The translations under genes and the position numbers were made by a program. From contig CAWGME010000020.1 in the NCBI GenBank assembly GCA_963823595.1, positions 118,184 through 182,183 of the forward strand: a stretch of 64,000 nucleotides of DNA, given 5' to 3'. Under the pieces are notes generated by a model. The model did no database searches and was not told the DNA's origin. It saw only the letters and a program-made list of their open reading frames with translations. The stretch comes from an uncultured Acidobacteriota bacterium (GTDB lineage Bacteria > Acidobacteriota > Terriglobia > Terriglobales > Acidobacteriaceae). Positions 57,629 through 64,000 of this stretch are shown piece by piece. The stretch's first letter is position 1. Every line of letters starts with the position of its first letter.

Positions 57629-59209
57629 CCCCGGCCTTCCTGCAGCCACACAAATCCATCATGTTCAACATGGCTCAGAATGGCCTCGGAAAGGTTGCGG
57701 AGCATATCGGTCGCGAGCATCGTGCGCTCATCCTGCGTGCGAACAAATAGATCCGCCGCCGCGCCGTGCAGCCAGACCGCACACTCGACGGCCTCCGCAG
57801 TCCGTTGCGGGAATTGCGCGATCATCGCTGCCACAATGCCGGTAAGGACGTCGCCGCTGCCGCCCTTCGCCATCGCGGGGTTGCCGCTGGTATTCACGGC
57901 GATGCGGCCATCGGGATGCGCGACCAGCGTGCGCCACCCTTTCAGCACCACTGTGACATGATGTCCCGTGGCGAAGCTGCGCGCGACCCCGATGCGGTCA
58001 CGCTCGACATCGGGAATGGTGCAGCCCAGCAACCGCGCCATCTCTCCCGGATGCGGAGTCAGCACCAGAGCGCGTTCCCGCCCGTCGAGCAACTCAGCGC
58101 GGCCCTCAAATGCATTCAGGCCGTCGGCGTCGAGCACCGTCGGCAGCTTGGTCTGAGATATCAGTTCGCGGACAAATTCCGCGGTCTCCAGTTCGCGCCC
58201 GACGCCAGGCCCGACCGCAAGAACGCTAATGCCATGCAGCATCGATTTGCGCCGCTCGGGATCGAGATTTCTCCACGAAATGGTTCCCGCTGCCGAGTCC
58301 TCCAGCAGTAGCGTCATCAACTCCGGGGCGAAGCCTGCGACGACACCCGCGATGCTGCGAGGAATCGCCGCCGTCACCAGGCCCGCGCCCGCGCGCATTG
58401 CGCCCAGCGATGCCATCGAGGGCGCGCCCGCTTTGCCCGGCGAGCCGCCCACCACCAGCACATGACCGAAACGGCCCTTGTTCGAATCGAGAGCGCGCGG
58501 AGCTTCGGCAATTTTTTTCGACGCGCCCGTCCAGGTAAGCCCAGCCTCTGAAACAATGGCCTCCTCGGGAGAGCCGATCGGCGCGACCACAATTGGGCCG
58601 CGCGTGAGCGCTCCAAACACATGCGCGAGTTTTGGAGCTGTAAATGTAATGACTGCGTCGGAGCGAAAAGCCTCCGCATGGATGCTCGTTGCGTCCGCAT
58701 CCCAGCCCGAAGGCAGATCAACGGAAACCACCGGCGTATTTGATCCGCAAGTTTTTCGCGAAGCGCCGCGGCTACTCCGCGCAAGGGCGGATGAAAACCG
58801 GTGCCGAAAACGGCGTCGATAAATAATTCCGTCTCGCCGAAACAGGACTCAAAGTCCGCGCTGCACAAATCCTGCTCCGCGGCCACGACCAGGCTGGAGT
58901 CCTTCAATGCTTGCGGTAGTTTTTCGTACATGGCGCGGGGTTCACCTGCAAGCTGGTCCGCGGCCGCCAACAGGACGACACGCACCTGCTTGCCGGTCGA
59001 ATCCAAATGTCGCGCCGCCACTAGCCCGTCCCCGCCATTGTTGCCTTTCCCGCATAGGATGGTGATGCATTTCGCCCCGGGGAATTCGTGATTGGCGAAG
59101 GCTGCGACCGCCGAGCCTGCATTCTCCATCAGGCCTGCCACGTCGAGTCATCTTGCTCAACAGTTCGTGCATCGCAAGCGCGCATTTCCGCGGCAGTCAA
59201 AATGTTCAT
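57625..59209 (-). pseudogene. nnr: Bifunctional NAD(P)H-hydrate repair enzyme (epimerase/ADP-dependent dehydratase), frame broken twice
   Basis: ATG 59209 MNILTAAEMRACDARTVEQ, then VAGLMENAGSAVA...CGKGNNGGDG...DAVFGTGF (ORF 58374..59141), then TPVVSVDLPSGW...VVGGSPGKAGAP...KGGSGDVLTG (ORF 57625..58731). Junctions are about 59150-59165 and about 58733-58745. Confidence 0.88.
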
Positions 59210-59446
59210 GTTGCCGTTGTACTCGAAGAATGGAGACTTGTGCAATCGCTAGAGGGAACGAATAACTCTGAGCAATCAGTATTGGTTTGAGTCGTCCGCA
59301 AAACGGAGCATCGGCAAATTCGGAGAGCCATTTATTACAATCAGCAGCCGTCCATATGAATGCTTGCGGAGATTGCTATAATCGCCCTCTGATTGGTGGT
59401 CTACGGTTAGCTTAGCAGCCGGTTATTGGCAATTCTGGAGGAAAGC

Positions 59447-60181
59447 ATGCACGTGCCAACTCATCGATTCGCGATGAAGGATTTGCAAGGATTCATTTGT
59501 GGCTTTGTAGTCATTCTGTTCCTGCAATCCGCGAGTCAGTATTATCGATTTAGCGATGCTATCCCATCGAAGATAGCGGCGACAATCGGCCTGGTCGCGG
59601 CATTAGCGATCATTTTTCGCCACATCTTTGATCTGCTCAGCCTGTATTACTCCATGCACAGCCTGGAAGGCTTTCCCAATCCGGAGAAGCCGTGGCCGTT
59701 CATTCTTTCAATTCTTTCCAATGTTGCTGAGCTTGGAATAGCCATGATCTGCTACCTGGTTATTGCCACCATTGGCCCGCTTTCAGAGGCGTCGGAAGGT
59801 CAATGGCGTGTCTACCTTTCACATGTAACCGATGCGAATCTTAATGGCATATTTGAAACCCTGTTTCTCCTCACCGCTTGTGCCGAATTAATTTGGTGCG
59901 TCTGGGACCTGGTCTTCCAGTTTCGACTTGGTCCAAAGCCGAGCAAGAATCAACAATTAGAAGTTCGTCGGTTATTTGAAGAAAATACAAAAACGAATCG
60001 ACGTTTCCTGGAATTCAATGGGATATCCGCAGTGTTTTTTTTCGTCGTTTATTTTTTCGGTCGGAACGCGATACCGCTCCCGAATGACGAAATTCCTTAC
60101 TACATGTCTGCCGTTATTCTATTGGTTTATCTGATCGTGCATGCGGTAATGTTTCAGGGATTACTACTCCAGAAAAGTTGA
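59447..60181 (+). CDS. Hypothetical multi-pass membrane protein (low-GC gene)
   Basis: ORF 59426..60181. ATG 59447 is preceded by GGAGG 6 nt upstream. About 6 hydrophobic helices. I recognise no family motif. Hand-counted 60-nt samples give about 33-50% GC. Confidence 0.6.
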   Translation: MHVPTHRFAMKDLQGFICGFVVILFLQSASQYYRFSDAIPSKIAATIGLVAALAIIFRHIFDLLSLYYSMHSLEGFPNPEKPWPFILSILSNVAELGIAMICYLVIATIGPLSEASEGQWRVYLSHVTDANLNGIFETLFLLTACAELIWCVWDLVFQFRLGPKPSKNQQLEVRRLFEENTKTNRRFLEFNGISAVFFFVVYFFGRNAIPLPNDEIPYYMSAVILLVYLIVHAVMFQGLLLQKS

Positions 60182-60257
60182 CCGGATTTAACGTCTTTAT
60201 TTGACCCAGTAGTTTCGAGCTAAACAGTTATCTTTCCATTGTCACTAGATATGCGTA

Positions 60258-60285
60258 GATCATTCTGAGCTTGCGGAATCGACCT
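60258..60285 (+). repeat. Dispersed intergenic repeat, degenerate short form
   Basis: GATCATTCTGAGCTTGCGGAATCGACCT, 77 nt after the stop at 60181. Confidence 0.45.
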
Positions 60286-60344
60286 ATGAATTCATCAACA
60301 TGAAGAGATCTACCGATAGCTGCGATGATTTTCCCGGGCTGCAC

Positions 60345-60834
60345 TCATTGATCCGGACTGTTTTTCAACCTCCAGCACCGCAACGGTTCCCCGAGTATCG
60401 TGATCAGCAGAACGCCGGCCATGATCATCGCGCCGTCCATCCAGGTCTGCATAATTCCGGTCGCAATCAGCAGGGAGGTCGCAAGGCCGCCGGCTGCGTC
60501 GCGCGCGCCGGCAGCGTAAACAAAACCGTCAGAATCACCGCCACCAGGCAGGCCCACACCCGGAGCAGCGGCACGCCATGCGATGAAACGCTTGGGACTG
60601 CCCAGGCATCGGTCAGAGCGATCGCCGCGAATGCCGCGATAATGGCAATCACGTTCCCACGATGATGTTGTAAGGGCGTGCGCTCGGCTGCTTCGGCGTT
60701 TCGACCTGTTCATACGCGGTCGGGCCGAGGCTCGCGAAGATAAGCGGCTGATGAGTGATCCATCCAATAAGCGCGATCACGAGGATCAGCGCGCCTTCCG
60801 ATACTGGCGCAATCAAGAGATCTTTTCGGGACAT
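60345..60834 (-). pseudogene. HPP-family membrane protein, frame broken twice
   Basis: MSRKDLLIAPVSEGALILVIALIGW...LGPTAYEQ...RPYNIIVG (ORF 60649..61119), then VIAIIAAFAAIALTDAW...TQPAA (ORF 60467..60652), then GGLATSLLIATGIMQTWMDGAMIMAGVLLITILG (ORF 60345..60767). Confidence 0.6.
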
Positions 60835-61157
60835 ATCGAACTCACAGCGCGATATCTGCCGCGCGAGGATTTTCCAAGCAATGCGAATGCATCGGCCACC
60901 TGCTCGCTTTCTCGGATGCACAGGAAGAGGCTTCGGCGGCCACGCTCGAGGATTTCTTCTCACTACGGTCATGTTGTGGAAGTGGGCCCGCAGGTTTCTC
61001 CCAGTCAGCCCAGCGCTGTCGCTCAGAGAAAGGCGAAAAAAGCGATTTGCGATCTCCTTTTTCCCGGATAAGATCATCAAGGTACGTGCACTCGCCCGCG
61101 AGCTCGGCGCGTCCATCATCCACGAAAACGAATTCAGACATTTGCACTGGGGGCTAT

Positions 61158-61595
61158 ATGAGGCAAATCGGTCGCAGGACTAGTTTGGCAATCGCCATTT
61201 TTCTTGGCGGCACAATGGCATTTGCCGCGGCTCGCCAATGGCAAAGCGGCAAACTGCTTGATACAGAGCAGCAGAAGGTTCACGAAGGAAGCACCACGAC
61301 CTACAACACAGACTCGCAGTCGAAAAGAAAGAAGGACGGAACCGATTACTCGCGGCACACGACGGCGAACACAACCGACAATATCGACACTTACGAGGTC
61401 TATACGATCCGGGGCCCGGAGAAGACCTACATCGCTCGCGAAAAGCTGCTCTTCCCGTGGTCGAAGCCCGCGAATGTGACCGTTGGCGCGGAGGTGAAAT
61501 ATGCGATTGACGGTCGCAAACTATACATTTTCGACGAGGACAATAAGGAGCATAAGGCATCCATCGTCAAAACCAGTATGAACAGCGCGGAATAG
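61158..61595 (+). CDS. Hypothetical small secreted protein
   Basis: ORF 61047..61595, trimmed to ATG 61158 (MRQIGRRTSLAIAIFLGGTMAFAAA signal peptide). 145 aa, polar Thr/Lys-rich. No family recognised. Confidence 0.55.
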   Translation: MRQIGRRTSLAIAIFLGGTMAFAAARQWQSGKLLDTEQQKVHEGSTTTYNTDSQSKRKKDGTDYSRHTTANTTDNIDTYEVYTIRGPEKTYIAREKLLFPWSKPANVTVGAEVKYAIDGRKLYIFDEDNKEHKASIVKTSMNSAE

Positions 61596-61665
61596 AGTAG
61601 CCATTTCGTCGATTGAGGTGCGAGGCTGTGCTGGAGCACGATCGCACCAGCTTCATTCTTGCTGA

Positions 61666-62232
61666 TTAGCGCGTGCCCATCGCTCTTTGGATCAGGCCAT
61701 TCGACGGCAGCGTCGGATCCAGCAATTTCCTCACGGTTTCATTCCCGGCCACGGGGAGCTTCGAAGGATCCAGCAATCCGAGTTGCACCAGCACAGAAGC
61801 CTGATCCCAGTAAATGTGTTCGTGCGCGAGCTTCCCATCGCGGAAGTGAACAATCGCAACCGTCGGGCATTCCACTTTTTTGCCGGTAGGCGCTATGCCG
61901 GGAAGCATCCAGTCCATTTCTATCGTGTGGGTGAAACGAACAATCATCTCATCCACCAGCCGGTCGGTTCCAATGGTCCGCGAAATCTGCTCAATCTCCG
62001 TGTCGGGCGGCATTTTCGGAATAAAGTATGTCGAATAAAAATGCCGCAGTTGATCCCGGCCCGTTCCACCCGTCATCACGGGGATATGGTTCACATAAGC
62101 ATCCGGAACCATGCTGTCGATGGTTGCGGTGGTGTCCTTCGTCGTAAACTCATCGCGGATGTGCTCTTCCCAGAGGTCGTTGAGAAACTGCTGCTGCGAT
62201 GTCAATCCGGCTTTCTTCTCTTCTTCACTCAT
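61666..62232 (-). CDS. NTF2-like/SnoaL-like (ester cyclase type) protein
   Basis: 188 aa. Alpha+beta cone pattern with ...AYVNHIPVMTGGTGRDQLRHFY... and ...VAIVHFRDGKLAHEHIYWDQASVLVQLG. Confidence 0.5.
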   Translation of the reverse strand: MSEEEKKAGLTSQQQFLNDLWEEHIRDEFTTKDTTATIDSMVPDAYVNHIPVMTGGTGRDQLRHFYSTYFIPKMPPDTEIEQISRTIGTDRLVDEMIVRFTHTIEMDWMLPGIAPTGKKVECPTVAIVHFRDGKLAHEHIYWDQASVLVQLGLLDPSKLPVAGNETVRKLLDPTLPSNGLIQRAMGTR

Positions 62233-62279
62233 GGCTTATGACCTTTCCATAGCGCTATTGCAGCCATCCAGCACGAATA

Positions 62280-63179
62280 CTAAAACCGCGAGCGGAACCG
62301 GTTGGCACGCTGGAATTCTTCGCGCAGCTCCGGCTGCTTCAGGTTTTCACGGATGAATGCGAGCCGCTGCTCGAGGGCCAGGAGCGCCTTCGAGATCTCG
62401 GCGTCGTTGGTTTGGGCAATGTCCCGCCACATGGAAAACGGGCTCGCGCCCAGGCGTGTCATTTCATGCATGGCGCGGCCACCGATCGCGCGAAGCTGGC
62501 TGGCGCTGCTGGCCAGATTCCTGCCGGCTCCGGCAAAGGTATCCTCAGGGAAGGCATCTTCGAGGAGTGCGGCCAGAGCCGTTCCCAGCATTTGCGGCAG
62601 ATGGCTGGCCCAGGCGCAGACCTCATCGTGCCGTTTTGGATCGAGATCGAGAGTTCGCGAGCCGAAGCGCTGGACCCACTGGCGCCATTCTGCGGCGTGT
62701 CGGTTCGCTGCAGCCGGTTGTGTGTCCGTGAACAGCCACACAGCCCCGCGGAATAGTTCCCCGTCCGCGTAAGCCGCGCCATGAACTTCCTTGCCTGCCA
62801 TTGGATGGCCGGGAAGAAAGTGTGCGGCGACGGAGGAAGTAAATGCTTTCGAAGCATGGTCGCAGATTGCCTCTTTCGTGCTGCCCACATCTGTGACCAA
62901 CTGGTCATCGCGAAGAGCGGCAGCCAGCCGGTCGATCCAATTCAGTATGCCAAAAACCGGCATCGCCAGAAGAATGCAGTCGCTTTGCGCTGCGGCCGCG
63001 AGCGGCTCCCGCGCCACGCTATCGACAGCGCCGCGCAATCGGGCAAGCTCCGCCTGGTCTGGCGAGCGGTCCCAGCCAATGATGCGTCCAGCAAAGCCTT
63101 GCGCGCGCAGAGCAAGACCGACGGAAGCGCCGATCAGTCCGGTGCCGAAGATTGCGACGCTTTGGATCGAATCTGCCAA
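62280..63179 (-). CDS. tyrA: Prephenate/arogenate dehydrogenase
   Basis: 299 aa; VAIFGTGLIGASVGLAL Rossmann motif, DVGSTK, GHPMAG. Confidence 0.88.
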   Translation of the reverse strand: MADSIQSVAIFGTGLIGASVGLALRAQGFAGRIIGWDRSPDQAELARLRGAVDSVAREPLAAAAQSDCILLAMPVFGILNWIDRLAAALRDDQLVTDVGSTKEAICDHASKAFTSSVAAHFLPGHPMAGKEVHGAAYADGELFRGAVWLFTDTQPAAANRHAAEWRQWVQRFGSRTLDLDPKRHDEVCAWASHLPQMLGTALAALLEDAFPEDTFAGAGRNLASSASQLRAIGGRAMHEMTRLGASPFSMWRDIAQTNDAEISKALLALEQRLAFIRENLKQPELREEFQRANRFRSRF

Positions 63180-63185
63180 AGTTCT

Positions 63186-64000
63186 CTACGCGATCGTGCG
63201 CCCGACAGCGGAAGCAATGATGCGCAGCTCGCTCATCAATTGCTCGAATTGCTGCGGAAACAGCGATTGCGCTCCGTCGGAAACTGCCTTATCGGGATTG
63301 GGATGCACTTCCATCAGCAGACCATCGCAACCGGCGGCAACCGAGGCCCGCGCCATTGCCGGAACCATGTCGCGGCGCCCGGTTCCATGAGAGGGATCGC
63401 CCAGAACCGGCAGGTGAGACAAGTGCTTCAACACCGGGATCGCGGAGATATCCATCGTATTGCGCGTGTAGGTCTCGAACGTGCGGATGCCGCGCTCGCA
63501 CAGCATCACGTCATAATTTCCTCCGGAGAGGATGTATTCGGCGGAGAGCAGAAACTCTTCAATGGTTGCCGCGATGCCGCGTTTCAGCAGAACGGGCTTG
63601 CGCGCCAGGCCCAGTTCGCGCAAAAGGTTGAAGTTCTGCATATTGCGCGCGCCGACCTGGAAAACATCCACGTACGGCAGCATCAATTCGATTTGAGAAA
63701 TTTCCATGACTTCGCTGACGATGAGCAGGCCGGTTGCATCGCCGACTTCACGCAGCAGGCGCAAGCCATCGAGGCCCATACCTTGAAAGGAGTAGGGCGA
63801 GCTGCGGGGTTTGAACGCTCCACCGCGAAGAAATTTTGCTCCGCCCGCAGCCACCTGTTCGGCGGCGGTAAAAATCTGCTCGCGCGACTCCACCGAGCAC
63901 GGTCCTGCCATCACCATGACCTCTTCTCCACCGACCGCCACGCCGTTGGAAAAGCGAACGACAGTCCCCTGGGGACGGAATCCGCGACCAGCAAGTTTGT
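63186..64000 (-). CDS. aroF: 3-deoxy-7-phosphoheptulonate (DAHP) synthase, class I-beta; 5-prime end lies outside the window
   Basis: ORF 63186..63941(-) stays open in frame to the window edge. [32 protein letters not shown] motifs. Confidence 0.88.
   Translation of the reverse strand, partial: KLAGRGFRPQGTVVRFSNGVAVGGEEVMVMAGPCSVESREQIFTAAEQVAAGGAKFLRGGAFKPRSSPYSFQGMGLDGLRLLREVGDATGLLIVSEVMEISQIELMLPYVDVFQVGARNMQNFNLLRELGLARKPVLLKRGIAATIEEFLLSAEYILSGGNYDVMLCERGIRTFETYTRNTMDISAIPVLKHLSHLPVLGDPSHGTGRRDMVPAMARASVAAGCDGLLMEVHPNPDKAVSDGAQSLFPQQFEQLMSELRIIASAVGRTIA

Noticed and set aside
59364-59382. TTGCGG ... TATAAT upstream of the low-GC membrane protein gene, considered as a sigma-70 promoter.
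   Set aside because: The -10 hexamer is perfect but the spacer to TTGCGG is only 7 nt. No acceptable -35 sits at 16-18 nt, so the call is too weak without transcript data.

Overview
High-GC (~60%) chromosomal segment. Gene content suggests Acidobacteriota, Terriglobia-type (inference only): a TIGR03436-type VWA protein, a secretin with a cohesin-like tail, and characteristic short intergenic repeats. Most of it is housekeeping. Genes seen include: a GMC-dehydrogenase operon; poxB; an enolase-superfamily gene with two SDRs and a DMT transporter; an MscS channel; ispB, yajQ, tatD, metG, argS, pepA, smpB; a secretin plus two GspG-like pseudopilins; engB; a MASE1-PAS-GGDEF cyclase next to a DHH/DHHA1 phosphoesterase; a CPBP protease; a penicillin-acylase homologue; ispA; the distal half of the dcw cluster (mraY-murD-ftsW-murG ... 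murC-ftsQ-ftsA-ftsZ); then DUF1015, amidase, GerMN, murI, fabI, tsaE, nnr and tyrA/aroF. I found no rRNA, tRNA, CRISPR array, transposase, integrase or recognisable defence system. Six things stand out. (1) A family of at least 15 short intergenic repeats has a covarying stem and sits just 3-prime of genes. (2) An orphan operon encodes a secretin (TPR head, cohesin-like tail), two pseudopilins and a truncated urocanase homologue; one repeat copy is embedded in a prepilin leader. (3) A GMC dehydrogenase module is paired with an internally duplicated 8-TM protein. (4) A divergently oriented secreted Pro/Trp/Gly-rich repeat protein is inserted inside the dcw cluster. (5) A low-GC islet lies at 59.2-61.7 kb. 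(6) At least 27 reading-frame breaks affect 15 genes, many of them essential, and almost all lie in the second half of the window. This most likely reflects indel errors in the assembly rather than biology. Many long ORFs in the six-frame track are antisense shadows typical of high-GC DNA and are not reported.
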